Position numbers and translations under genes: made by a program. DNA of 63,796 nt, filler included, from Octopus bimaculoides (taxonomy: Eukaryota), in NCBI RefSeq assembly GCF_001194135.2. It is 6 parts of 4 records of this genome, joined end to end, with 100 filler letters (N's around TTAATTAATTAA, not from the genome) between each part and the next. Parts side by side here need not be neighbours in the genome. Positions count along the whole stretch, not along the records: positions 16,862 to 39,593 come from NC_068985.1; 5 more parts are not named here. One strand, written 5' to 3'. Below, piece after piece: positions 22,430-35,520 of the stretch. Below the pieces are notes generated by a model. That model made no database searches and had not been told where the DNA came from. It saw only the letters and a list, made by a program, of their open reading frames with translations. Position 1 is the stretch's first letter; every line of letters starts with the position of its first letter.

Positions 22430-24324
22430 TCAAAGGAAGGAGAACCGCTTTGATTTCTGCTTATGCTGTACATCGGGACCATCACGTTTCAATGATCAGC
22501 AGTAATCCGCCATCATACTGACATTCCATTTGCCCTGGTATCGAGTTTTCATGGTGCAAATGTCTTGATAGAACCACTCTCCTTATTCCTCGCTGTAGTC
22601 CCCACAATTCTTAGGAAAATAGTCAAGATGCGAGTGCAAAAAATGCATCTTTACACTCATTCTAGACCCAAGTTGTTGGAAACTTGATATCAGGTCTTGG
22701 ATCATTTTTTCATATTCTGGGGAGCGGCTGTTTTCCAAGAAGTTTTGGACAATCTTCTTGAAGAAAAACCTGGCATTCACTTCGACACCTGCTAATGCTT
22801 CCTCAAAATGCTTGTCCATCATCAGTTCCCGAATCTAAGGGTCAACAAAGATTCCTGCTTTTAGCTTGCCTTCCCTTATACGAGGAAACTTTGACTCCAG
22901 GCACTTGAAAGCAGCCCTGTTCTTGTTCAGGGCCTTCGCAAAATTTTTCATAAGCCCTAATTTGATGTGGAGTGATGGCAGCAGAATTTTTGTGGGATCA
23001 ACAAGTGGCACAGCTTTCACGTTATGATTTCCAGGTAAGAATCTGGTTCTTGGTGGCCAGTTTTTTTGTTCATAGTGCTGGCTGTCTGCCCTACTATCCC
23101 AAACACACAAAAAACAGGGATTCTTAGTGTATCCCCCTTGAAGACCTAGTAGGAGAGCAATAACTTTTAAATCACTGCAAATGAGAAACTTGTAATTATG
23201 GTACTTGATTGCAGTTATTACTGTCTTCATATTTTCGTAAGTTTCTGACATTTGGACACTATGGCCAATTGGCACAGATGCAGCTGTGTTGCCATTGTAG
23301 AGAAGAACAACCTTTAAACTTCTGTTAGAAGAATCAATGAAGAGCCTCCATTCATCTGTTTTGTACGACATCCCCATGTGTTCAATAATACCAGAAATAT
23401 TTGAACAGAAAACTAAAGAATCCTCTTCTCAAAGAACTGAGTGAATCCCGCTTCACAATGACGGTACCAAGCGAATGTTGTTCCAGGAGCTCGAAGCTTG
23501 TGTTCCTGTAGTCTAGAGCCAATTAACTGTACACTTTCTTTTATAAGGCAAAGGTCTCTAACCAAGTTATTGAGCTCAACTTAGTTGAAGAATTTGGGAT
23601 TTGTATTGGTTGGCGGCTCATAGTTTTCTTCCATCCCATTAGTATCACCAGTATCAGACTCTGATGAAATTTCCCGTGTCTCAGGTGGCACAGGTACAGA
23701 AATATCATCTGAGTGTGGAACAGGCCTTATTGCTGAATGAATATTTGGGTATATTATATAATCTTTAGTCTTCTTATTGAATTCAGCTACTTTAGTCATA
23801 CAAAAGTAGCAGTCATCATAGTGGTTCATCTGCTCCCGCCATACCATTGGTACTCCAAATGGCATACATTTAAGTTTTCCAACTGACCACATTTGAAGCT
23901 TACTGATGCAAATCTGGCAAACTTTGTGAGGTGCAAATGGCTTGTTCTGGTCGTCCATTTTGCAACCAAAATAAGCTAAATGGCAGCGCTTCAATAAAGG
24001 AGAAAATATTGCTCCGGGTCTCTGAAGGGATGAATTGCGCGCAGACATAGCAGAATATATCTGGTGGATTGACGAAGCCTCTAGACAAATTCGCACACCG
24101 AAAAGAAAGAAAAATATATTAGATTTAACATTTAAGTCAATATAAGGTAAGCATTTTAGTTTATCATTTACTTATGTTATACAAAGAGAGAAAAGTAATG
24201 TCTCCGTATAACTTGACAACCTGATGTGATAGTGATGATTAAAACACACAATGATTCATTATTTTTCATATATATTCAGAAAAAGATACCACACAGCCAA
24301 TAAAAAAAATCATGCAGACCAGTG
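22430..24324 (-). mobile_element. Chapaev3-like (CMC superfamily) DNA transposon relic
   Basis: 5'-CACTG terminus at 24324. N-terminal CYVC..APHKVCQIC..WREQMNHYDDCYFC; LFIDSS; ICSDLKV..PCFLC (CxxC); LHIKLGLMKNF; SVKMHFLHSHLDYFP..SEE. Broken into four ORF pieces; the second TIR was not found. The superfamily name is from recall. Confidence 0.65.
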
Positions 24325-24763
24325 TTATATATATAGTTTCCGCTATAAATTGATATTACTAAAAATATTACCGGTCCCTGGCACATTGGAAAAAAACTAA
24401 ACTGCCGGTACGCCACATCAGATAGTTTGCGAAGCACTACTCTGATGTACTATACGTTACACAACGGGAATAACTATATCGACTGTTCACATCCATGTCT
24501 ATAAACATGATGTTTGATTTGTAATCCGCGTGTTGTTGAAGCAATTGCAAGCATGAAATAAATGGAATAATGCTGACGACATCTTTCACTTATTATTTAT
24601 TACTCCGCGACGGGAGTAAACTTTCTGGATTTTCTGACTGCTTCAAAACGTATGTCTCTGCAGGAGAATATTTCCTCCATACAATTTCAGAGATAGCCGC
24701 CGCCACTTGCAGGAGTGATGCCTGACGTAAACGCCTGGATTATATGATACTTTCCCACATAGT

Positions 24764-24851
<88 letters not shown>

Positions 24852-25011
24852 GCGTATCCAAAAGTCTTCGAAAGAGAACGTGTAACAAACATATTTTTAT
24901 GTGTGTGTGTATGACTATATATATATGTGTATGTATGTATGCATGTGTGTTTGTATGTATACACGCACATATGTATATGTATTTATATATATGTATGTAT
25001 ATATAAATGCA

Positions 25012-25067
<56 letters not shown>

Positions 25068-25165
25068 TATATATATACATAGATACATGTATACGTGCAC
25101 ATAACCAAATATAGGTAAATCAAAAACCATACAACATAACTTATTACTCACACACACACACCCAC

Positions 25166-25209
<44 letters not shown>

Positions 25210-26187
25210 GCACACGTACATATATACATACATACACATACATACACATACATATATACATACATATACGCACACACATACATACATGCATATATATACA
25301 TATATTTATACACATATATATACATATATATACACACATATATATATACACACATATATATATACATATATATTTACGTATNNNNNNNNNNNNNNNNNNN
25401 NNNNNNNNNNNNNNNNNNNNNNNNNNNNNNNNNNNNNNNNNNNNNNNNNNNNNNNNNNNNNNNNNNNNNNNNNNNNNNNNNNNNNNNNNNNNNNNNNNNN
25501 NNNNNNNNNNNNNNNNNNNNNNNNNNNNNNNNNNNNNNNNNNNNNNNNNNNNNNNNNNNNNNNNNNNNNNNNNNNNNNNNNNNNNNNNNNNNNNNNNNNN
25601 NNNNNNNNNNNNNNNNNNNNNNNNNNNNNNNNNNNNNNNNNNNNNNNNNNNNNNNNNNNNNNNNNNNNNNNNNNNNNNNNNNNNNNNNNNNNNNNNNNNN
25701 NNNNNNNNNNNNNNNNNNNNNNNNNNNNNNNNNNNNNNNNNNNNNNNNNNNNNNNNNNNNNNNNNNNNNNNNNNNNNNNNNNNNNNNNNNNNNNNNNNNN
25801 NNNNNNNNNNNNNNNNNNNNNNNNNNNNNNNNNNNNNNNNNNNNNNNNNNNNNNNNNNNNNNNNNNNNNNNNNNNNNNNNNNNNNNNNNNNNNNNNNNNN
25901 NNNNNNNNNNNNNNNNNNNNNNNNNNNNNNNNNNNNNNNNNNNNNNNNNNNNNNNNNNNNNNNNNNNNNNNNNNNNNNNNNNNNNNNNNNNNNNNNNNNN
26001 NNNNNNNNNNNNNNNNNNNNNNNNNNNNNNNNNNNNNNNNNNNNNNNNNNNNNNNNNNNNNNNNNNNNNNNNNNNNNNNNNNNNNNNNNNNNNNNNNNNN
26101 NNNNNNNNNNNNNNNNNNNNNNNNNNNNNNNNNNNNNNNNNNNNNNNNNNNNNNNNNNNNNNNNNNNNNNNNNNNNNNNNNNNNNNN

Positions 26188-26653
26188 NTGGTGGTGGTGG
26201 ATGATAGGGGTGATGTCTGTGGGTAGGTAGGATGTCGTGACGATGAAAATATTTACGTTGCAGTCAATTATTGCTAAAATATTTCAACAGCTGGTAGTAC
26301 AGTTTCCTTACAAAACATGCACTTAGCCCCGGGGGGAGGGGATGGGGGGGAAGGATGGGAGATGCTGGAGCTAAACAGGGGTCGGAGACGGTGTCGGTGG
26401 TAATGGTGGAGGTGGTGGTTGTGGTGGTGGTGTTGATGCTTAGTGGTGAGGCTGTTCGGATGATGATGATGATGTTGACGATGGTGATGACGATGGTGAT
26501 GATGAGCGTGATCACGATGATGATGGTGGTGGTGGTGGTGGTGGTGGTAGGTGGTGGTAGGTGTAGATGGTGGTGGTAGGTCGTGGTAGGCGCGACTGGT
26601 GCATAACTTTGTCGCTTATGAGCAAATTGTTGTTGTTGCTGTTATTGCTGTTA

Positions 26654-26690
<37 letters not shown>

Positions 26691-26709
26691 CGATGATGAT
26701 GATGATGAC

Positions 26710-26759
<50 letters not shown>

Positions 26760-26760
26760 C

Positions 26761-26803
<43 letters not shown>

Positions 26804-26930
26804 GCGATGGTGATTGATGATGATGAACATGAGATGATGGTGGTGGCGATGGTGGGTGATGCTAAAGATGGTGATGGTGTCGTTGTTTTGTTGTTGAAGG
26901 TGATGATGATGATGATGTCATGATGATGGA
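26188..26930. repeat. compound (GGT)n/(GAT)n triplet tract
   Basis: Seen directly; explains the poly-M/D ORFs. Confidence 0.95.
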
Positions 26931-28419
26931 GAGTGACTTGTTAAGAGAATGGTTATTGTTTTTTTTTTATTTTACATTTATTTTTTNNNNNNNNNNGATG
27001 ATGATGTCATGATGATGGAGAGTGACTTGTTAAGAGAATGGTTATTGTTTTTTTTTTATTTTACATTTATTTTTTTCACTTATTTTGTTAGTATTTTTTT
27101 CCTTTAGAAATGGGGTTCCAGCTTATATTTCAACTGTATCGACATGAGTGTGAGTGTGAGTTTATATCTGTATATGCTGTGTGTGTGCGTGTGTGTGTGT
27201 GTTTATGCACGCGTGCCTATGTGCAAACATGCCCATATATATATATATATATATATATATANNNNNNNNNNNNNNNNNNNNNNNNNNNNNNNNNNNNNNN
27301 NNNNNNNNNNNNNNNNNNNNNNNNNNNNNNNNNNNNNNNNNNNNNNNNNNNNNNNNNNNNNNNNNNNNNNNNNNNNNNNNNNNNNNNNNNNNNNNNNNNN
27401 NNNNNNNNNNNNNNNNNNNNNNNNNNNNNNNNNNNNNNNNNNNNNNNNNNNNNNNNNNNNNNNNNNNNNNNNNNNNNNNNNNNNNNNNNNNNNNNNNNNN
27501 NNNNNNNNNNNNNNNNNNNNNNNNNNNNNNNNNNNNNNNNNNNNNNNNNNNNNNNNNNNNNNNNNNNNNNNNNNNNNNNNNNNNNNNNNNNNNNNNNNNN
27601 NNNNNNNNNNNNNNNNNNNNNNNNNNNNNNNNNNNNNNNNNNNNNNNNNNNNNNNNNNNNNNNNNNNNNNNNNNNNNNNNNNNNNNNNNNNNNNNNNNNN
27701 NNNNNNNNNNNNNNNNNNNNNNNNNNNNNNNNNNNNNNNNNNNNNNNNNNNNNNNNNNNNNNNNNNNNNNNNNNNNNNNNNNNNNNNNNNNNNNNNNNNN
27801 NNNNNNNNNNNNNNNNNNNNNNNNNNNNNNNNNNNNNNNNNNNNNNNNNNNNNNNNNNNNNNNNNNNNNNNNNNNNNNNNNNNNNNNNNNNNNNNNNNNN
27901 NNNNNNNNNNNNNNNNNNNNNNNNNNNNTATATATATATATATATATATATATGTACGTATATATGTATGTATGTATCTATATATTTGTATGTTTGTATG
28001 CATATATATATATATGTATATGTGTATGTATGTGTAAATATATATGCATGAGCGTGTAGTGTGTGTATATGTGTGTGCATAATGAATGTGTGTATCTGAA
28101 TAAACGCAGGCATAAGTATTTTCCTTCTGATATATAAGTCTATAAAACTGTTTTAATGATTTATTTACATTATGGTATATATATAACCAGACTGCTCTGG
28201 AACAACAGCTACAACAACAAAAACAAAAACAATTACAACAGCAACAACAATAACAACAATTTCAACGTTGAAGCAACTGCATCATAGCTTAATAGCTACA
28301 GCGACAACAAGAAACATAAAAAAAAGAAGAATGTCACGAATGACTACAGGAAGCAGGTAGCAGTCAAATTTCCATCAAATAATAACATCCTGGGGTCTTA
28401 TATAATCTCGGACCATATA

Positions 28420-28830
28420 TGGCTGTGTGGTGAAGAACCTTCTATTGTAACAACGTGCTTTTGGGTTCAGTGCCACTGCGCGGCACCCTGGCAAGAGTCT
28501 TCTACATTAGGCTAGGGCTGACCAATGCTTTTTGAGTAAATTTGATAGACGGAAACTGTGTGGAAGCTGGTTGTGTACATTATATAAATATGTGTGTGTA
28601 TGTGTGTACGCGCGCACGTGTTTGAGTTTGTTTTGCCTCACCGTTTGAGAACTGGTGTCAGTTTTTTACGTCCCCGTAATCTAGAGGTACAGTAAAAGAG
28701 GCCGGTAAAAAAAGTACCTGGCTTTGACAAAAATAAGCACTGGGGTCGATTTATTTGACTAAACCCTTCAAGGTGATGTTCCAGTATGGCCGCAGTCCAG
28801 CGACTGAAACAAGTAGAAGATGTAAAAGAT
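28420..28830 (+). mobile_element. SINE family B
   Basis: TGGCTGTGTGGTGAAG head, GGGTTCAGTGCCACTGCG B-box region, GACGGAAACTG block, tail CGCAGTCCAGCGACTGAAACAAGTA. Confidence 0.85.
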
Positions 28831-28849
28831 ATTTTACATCATAGGGGTT

Positions 28850-29180
28850 TACTCAGCCAAATTTTATTTAATTTGCTTTGCGGGAGCAACTCTTTTGTCG
28901 AAGGTGTATCTTGTCGTGAATTACTCGAAATACGGATAAGAAAACCAGCCAACAACTGATGAAGAGTCGATCTTTATGTTGCTTGTCTTGTTTTCAATTT
29001 GATTCTTTCGTTGCTCGCAAAAAAAGTTCGTATTCCATGTTTTCGTATTTCGTATTTCATGTTGTTTACGTTCTGTGACGTACTGTGCCCATAAACGCCA
29101 GTGTTATAATAGTGGCAGCTGATGAAGAAAATGTTCTCTATGTGACCTGTGTGTTTTCTGTACCTTGTTTATCATTTTGT
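28850..29180 (+). mobile_element. interspersed repeat, Penelope-like LTR-type family P
   Basis: TTTGCGGGAGCAAC..CTCGAAA..CAACTGATGAAG..TTGTTTAC matches 31270-31500, 53095-53335, 54405-54640 and 54920-55101; copies usually abut TA-rich microsatellite. The PLE assignment is inference. Confidence 0.55.
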
Positions 29181-29406
29181 CCATGTTTTTTGCAACGTTA
29201 TGTACCCAGATATGCATCTATATATACATGTAGATGAAGTTATGTACATACATGTACATATATATATGCATATACTCATATATTATTTATATATATATAT
29301 ATATACATATATATGTAAAGTATGTACATATATGTATGTATATGTGCATATGTATATATATTATTCATATTATACACGCACGCACGCACACACACTCACA
29401 CACACA

Positions 29407-29449
<43 letters not shown>

Positions 29450-29879
29450 GGATGGAGGATATCAGGCTTTGATAATAGATCACAACATTTGCTTCTGCAC
29501 CGCTGAGTTTTTATTCATATATCATGATAAAAGATCTTTATTTGTAATTACTATATAGTGCGTGGCGGCTTCATCGGGTGAAGCGGCCACACACCCGATG
29601 GAGCGGCAACACACTTCTATAATGGTATATGAATATAAACTCAAATCTGGTGTGTTGTGCAGAAACAAATGTGATCTACTATTAAAGCCTGTTACCCACC
29701 ACCTTCGTGTTATATCATTGTTCTAGTAATCTCATGCAAAGAGGAGTTCCGTATGTGTAATATACCGTACTGAAATAATCCCCTGAAATATATCCTACTG
29801 CAGGATAACATGTGGACAAACAACTACATAAGAGCATTTAAACACACATTACCGAGGTTTTTAACCGAATTATACTATA

Positions 29880-29916
<37 letters not shown>

Positions 29917-29926
29917 GTGTGTATAA

Positions 29927-29962
<36 letters not shown>

Positions 29963-30007
29963 CTATGTATATACATGCATACATACATACATACATACAC
30001 AAACATA

Positions 30008-30236
30008 GGGGAGCTGGCAGAAACGTTAGCACGCCGGGCGAAATACTTATCGGTATTTCGTCTGCCGTTAAGTTCTGAGTTCAAATTCCGCCGAGGTGGA
30101 CTTTGCCTTTCATCCTTTCGGGGGTCGATAAATAAAGTACCAGTTACGCACTGGGGTCGATGTAATCGACTTAATCCCTTTGTCTGTCCTTGTTTGTCCC
30201 CTCTATGTTTAACCCTTTGTGGGCAATAAAGAAACA
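30008..30236 (+). mobile_element. SINE family A, full length, with a 12-bp TSD
   Basis: TSD ACAAACATAGGG at 29999-30010 and 30237-30248; this is the least decayed copy in the window. Confidence 0.92.
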
Positions 30237-31169
30237 ACAAACATAGGGGATGCTGAAAAGTTCTTGGCTTTAAGGGTATCGCGAAAGGCGTGGTTGGAAA
30301 CCCAACCTTCCGAGTTCTTTTACAGGGCTTAGAAAAACTGAAGTACCGCTGCAATATGTATATGAGTCTGAAAGGGGAATATGTTGAATAAAATTATTCC
30401 TAATTAACTGATCCCCTGTATTTCTTTTTACTCAAAGCCAGGTACTTTTCAGCCCTTACACTTCGCATACTGTAACCCAGGAATTTAAGCAAATCAGCGA
30501 AAGGATAGAATATAAATACGTATATGTGTATATATAATGGCTGCTCTGCTGATTTTTGCGAATGATTGTTGCAGTTCCTTAATCAATATAATTAGTCACT
30601 CATTCGATTTTAGTGTAAGAAGCAGTGTAAAAGGCTGGTATTTGTAAGCTTGGGCTGCTACGCACTTCTCAGATAGATATTCACAACGTTAATTTACCAA
30701 TCAATAATTAATCAATTACAACAATCAGCAAATTTTCCTGCACGCAACTGATTAATTAGTTAATTTCATGATTTCGATAAAGAGTTTAAAATATAAAACG
30801 TAAATGCTTATTGCTCACAAGACCTAGGTAGTGTAGTTAAGAAACTTGTTTCCTAACAATGAAGTTTTGGCTTCGGTCCCAACCGACGAACAAAGCCTAT
30901 ATATATAATACAGAATGGGACAAGAACACAAAACATCCAGACAGTTAGGTGATACAAGAAAGGGACAAAACATACAGATAGACGATACAAAGAAAACACG
31001 GACAGGTCATTCGGAGTTTTCTTTCTTCAGTCGAAATCCAGATTATCCTTGCAATTTCGGCTGGTTATTCTCGATGTTGCTCTAATCTGGCCAGCCCCAA
31101 GGAAAAATTAAGCTTAGAGCATTAGATTCCTTGGAAGAAAGCAACGAATGTATACAAAAACAAGGACCG

Positions 31170-31500
31170 CGTTCGCCACCACAACCTCGTTTAGGCTTAG
31201 CAGCTGTCCCTGTTTGTTTTCACTGTCCTGTTTTTGTCACCAACTTTGACCCTCCGAAAAATCCAAAATTTCAGTTAATTTGCTTTGCGGGAGCAACAGT
31301 TTTATCGAAGGCGTATCGTGTCGTGAAATGCTCGAAACACTGATTAGTAAATAGCCGACAACTGATGAAGGATCGTTCTTTGTGTTGTTTGTCTTGTTTT
31401 CTATTTGTTTCTTTCGTTGCTCACAAAAAAAGTTCATATTCCATGTCCTCGTACTTCGCATTTTTTGTTGTATACGTTTAGCGACGTCCTGTGCCTACAT
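31170..31500 (+). mobile_element. interspersed repeat family P (Penelope-like)
   Basis: Homologous to 28850-29180 and, in reverse, to 54420-54730. Confidence 0.55.
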
Positions 31501-31969
31501 ATGTATATGTCATCGGTGAATTACTGTGGATTAATTTTCTGTATGATGGCTGACAATGCTTGACACTATGAATTAAAATACAGTGCATGTGGCGGGGATT
31601 CACGATATTGAAGACACTAGAACAAAGTGTCGAACACAGGAATCAAACAAGAAACGTCGTGGTTAAGAAGAGAACTTTTTACCGCAAGAACCCCCCCCAC
31701 ACACACACACACAGAGTAAAATAAGGATTCAGATAGAATCAGGGAAAATATGCACCAGGTAGGGCTGGATAAACCTGTAGTTTCGGCCTATGGTTGGTAA
31801 GTATCAAACAGGATATTCCGGTTGTGTACACAGAGGAAACCAACCCTATTTAGCACGCGTTACATTGAATTGTACCTTGTTGGTATACTCTAAGGTGTCC
31901 GACAAGTCGTAAATCCCCTTGGTGTATTATAATCAAATAAATAATAACAGACGATGGATAATTGTCTGC

Positions 31970-32051
31970 TCATTACGACTGTTTCTTACGCATTTTTAGA
32001 TAGAACAATGAGAACATTGCTTCATTACAAAAAACCGTAATCATCAGATGA
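31970..32051 (-). ncRNA. type I hammerhead ribozyme motif
   Basis: UCAU-CUGAUGA-UUACG...CGUAA-GAAAC-AGUC-GUA-AUGA: intact core, perfect 4-bp stem I and 5-bp stem II base. Confidence 0.82.
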
Positions 32052-32200
32052 AACGTAATTTTACAAACAAAAGAATATCCTAAGAATACAACGGGGACGT
32101 AGCTGAAATCTTTCGAAGCTGAAGTCTGTCGACAGACTCCAGCCCTGCTGTATTCTTGGAATATTCTTTTTTTGTGTGTGTGTGTGTGTAAAATTACGTT

Positions 32201-32282
32201 TCATCTGATGATGACGTTTTATTGTAATGAAGTAATGTTCTCAATCTTCTATTAAAAAATGCGTAAGAAACAGCTGTAATGA
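32201..32282 (+). ncRNA. type I hammerhead ribozyme motif
   Basis: UCAU-CUGAUGA-UGACG...CGUAA-GAAAC-AGCU-GUA-AUGA; predicted cleavage after 32278; palindromic stem III ACAGCUGU; one mismatch in stem II. Confidence 0.82.
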
Positions 32283-32938
32283 GCTGACAATTATCCATCG
32301 TCTGTTATTATTCATTTGATTATATATNNNNNNNNNNNNNNNNNNNNNNNNNNNNNNNNNNNNNNNNNNNNNNNNNNNNNNNNNNNATATATATATATAT
32401 ATATATAAGGTAATTACAATGAATATGGAGATTACTACATCTGCAATTTTTTTATTAATTTCTAAATCTTCTCACATTCTTTGCACTCAAAAGTCATAGT
32501 AACCTAACAAAATAAGGCTAGCTAAACTTACATCCACTTAGCTCACTTCAGACTACGTCAGTGGGCGGACATTGAATAAAGTTGCATAGATTAATAACCA
32601 GTCGAAAATAACTGGATGCAAATGTAATTGCTAGATGTCTATGTAGCTGAAACATGTGTCGGACACATTTAAATCAAATATGCTGTATAATTGATCGTAG
32701 AAATAAAAGATATGCAGATGAACTAATCTCTGTATTAATCGTAATTGCATTGGATATGCATTCAATACATCCAAGAATTACCTACCGGATAAATTACAGC
32801 CGGATTGCTTACCTTAAATAATCCTTGGTGCTCCTTACAGCTCGATGCAGTTAGCCATAACCTAATTATAATTGAGTGCTCGTACGGTACCCACCTAGAT
32901 ACTTTATTCTTATCTATTCATTTTCTATCAATTAATCA

Positions 32939-32997
<59 letters not shown>

Positions 32998-33216
32998 CGT
33001 CTGTCTATCTATCTACCTATCTGTGTGTGTGTGTGTGTGCGTGTGTGTGTGTGCNNNNNNNNNNNNNNNNNNNNNNNNNNNNNNNNNNNNNNNNNNNNNN
33101 NNNNNNNNNNNNNNNNNNNNNNNNNNNNNNNNNNNNNNNNNNNNNNNNNNNNNNNNNNNNNNNNNNNNNNNNNNNNNNNNNNNNNNNNNNNNNNNNNNNN
33201 NNNNNNNNNNNNNNNN

Positions 33217-33274
<58 letters not shown>

Positions 33275-33367
33275 TGTGATTATTTCAAATTACATATAAA
33301 AACAATTTAGCATTAGACTAAAGAATTACTCAATACATATTTAGTAAACTATTAGAATAGGGGTGAC

Positions 33368-33408
33368 AGTGACTTCGAAGCTTCGGCATGTTAGCCTTCG
33401 TCAGACTC
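33368..33408 (-). ncRNA. minimal hammerhead motif with a core substitution (GAAG for GAAA)
   Basis: AGU-CUGACGA-A-GGC-UAACAU-GCC-GAAG-CUUCGAAG-UC-ACU; all three stems can form and stem III is palindromic. Confidence 0.65.
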
Positions 33409-33442
33409 TGTGTGTGTGTAAATATACACATATACAAATATG

Positions 33443-33481
<39 letters not shown>

Positions 33482-33672
33482 GTCGAACGCGGATATAAGC
33501 CTCAAGAGCATAAAGCTTCGTAGCTTTGGTAAGAAAAACCCCAACTTAAAGTAAGTTAATCTTTTTTGACGTCCGACATCAAATATTCCTGTGTGTGTCT
33601 ATAAAAATATATGTCTGATTTATAAATACGCTCGTACCAAATATACAGATATAATTTATATATATACGCACA

Positions 33673-33710
<38 letters not shown>

Positions 33711-33917
33711 CTTGTGTGTCTGTGTGTATATCTGTGTGCGTAAAGAGATGTACAAATGCAAAGAGAGGGTAACAGGGAACGACTGAGGCATTTGAACGTC
33801 TGTAAATAAACAGTAAAAGGATACGTACGTTAAAAAGAGCCAATTGGGAGAAATGTTAGATCATTAAGAAATTAATTAATATGCAATACATGCATACATT
33901 CTTATACATACACACAC

Positions 33918-33952
<35 letters not shown>

Positions 33953-33981
33953 TATATATAATATATAATATATAATATATA

Positions 33982-34034
<53 letters not shown>

Positions 34035-34531
34035 TATATATATAATATATATATACACACACACACACAAGAATATACATATAGATAAAAAGATACACAT
34101 ATGCATATGCGTATATATATATATGTGTGTGTATGTGTGTGTTTGTGTGTGTATGTGTTTATGTACACGTTATACGTATGAGTTACGTACCAGTACATTA
34201 TATTTAGTTCTAGAGCTCAGAGACAGTAGAAAGAGGGCTTGGGTGCAATTTACCCCAAATGAGCATTTTGGTACATGTATCAGCATTGTGGTTACAGTTA
34301 ATATTGCGCTTATTTTTTCTTATTTACTTCGATCATTAGCCAGATATTAATTAAAAATTATTATAGTCTACTCACATATTATGTGTATCTGTGTATATAT
34401 TTGACGCGACATACGTGTGTTTTTCTAGTCGCTGTGCTCTTGGAAAGAGCCCAAAATATACCTTTATCTTTACCTTTGTCAGGGGTATATCTGTAACTGT
34501 AGCTAAAATATTTTCCAAGTATACGGAAAAC

Positions 34532-34585
<54 letters not shown>

Positions 34586-34605
34586 GACTGTACACATACA
34601 CATAC

Positions 34606-35520
34606 ATACAGGACTCCCCCAAAATGTGTATACACACATTGAATGATTGTAAATGTAGTGTTTATAAAAGATACATTCCATTTTCAAAACTAGATAGAAT
34701 CTGCAAACAGAATCTAATTTTTTATGGACCCCTGTTTTCGAATTGAAGACCATTCTGGACAAGGAAGTGCTGAAAACGCGAAGCGGCGAAATCGCAAACA
34801 CCAAGAAACGTTTCGTTCTTTATTTGTACACATTCACGTTCACTGCCTGTCTTTAATTTATCGACTGCTTTCGGTTTTGTGTTATAAATTTCTATCTTTT
34901 AAGTATCCCTATAAAAAAAAGTCTAATGGTGTGAGATTTGGTGAACACGAAGAGTATATTATTAAACTTCCTTGCCCAATTCACCGGTAAAATGCCATCA
35001 ACTACTATGGTAGTGTGAGGGTGCCCCATTCTTGTTTGAAATAAAGCCCCACATCTTTAAATTCCTCATGAATGCTTGGCATAACAAATTGTCGTAGCAG
35101 GTTTATGTAAATGGAACCAATCCCAGTACCATCAAAAAGGATCGAATTAATCCTTTTGACGATAAGCCACACCACACTGTAACTCGTGATAAATTAATAT
35201 TATGTTCCTCCATGATATGCAGATTCTCAGGTCCCTATTGAACCAAATAATTTAAGTGTAGCCCCATCACTCCGAATAATCTTTGCTGAGAAGTCCATCT
35301 TCTGCACATTTTGTCAAGTGTCACTAGCAAAACTCCACTCTTCAGTTCGGATTCTCTTCATTAAGAGCATGGATTACTCTTGGAATGTAACTTTTCCAAT
35401 GACAGATCTTCAAAATGCGAGGGATTCTTGACATTTTTTAAATTTTTCTCTGACGATTCGTTTGCCGTTCAGATTTCTCTGAACTCTACCAACACAATAT
35501 GAATCAAAATATCTTAAATG
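34606..35520 (-). mobile_element. degraded Tc1/mariner-superfamily transposon
   Basis: DFSAKIIRSDGATLKLFGSI (degenerate WSDEAxF), [21 protein letters not shown] (degenerate QDGAPxH). TACAGG-like terminus at ~34606. Confidence 0.65.

Larger units (their letters stand above)
31929..32323. mobile_element. ~395-bp fold-back element with a hammerhead in each arm
   Basis: Arms 31929-32066 and 32189-32323; inner inverted repeat 32068-32098 / 32140-32170; central palindrome AGTCTGTC|GACAGACT centred at 32130/32131. Confidence 0.85.

Noticed and set aside
24664-24761. Segment with strong-looking acceptor (CTCTGCAG) and donor (GTAAGT)
   Set aside because: All three plus-strand frames contain stops, and the minus-strand peptide has no recognisable homology. 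It could be non-coding; unsupported without RNA data.
24643-28113. Long ORFs of YI/HT/CV/M/D repeats or X runs, here and throughout the track
   Set aside because: Translations of microsatellites and N gaps.
30999-31034. Minus-strand CUGAAGA..CC-GAAU-GACCU-GUC hammerhead-like string
   Set aside because: The core lacks one A, stem II is broken and the first pair of stem I mismatches. It may be a decayed PLE motif but is not supportable as a ribozyme.
32645-32665. GAAACAUGUGUC half-hammerhead
   Set aside because: No CUGANGA box was found upstream on the same strand.
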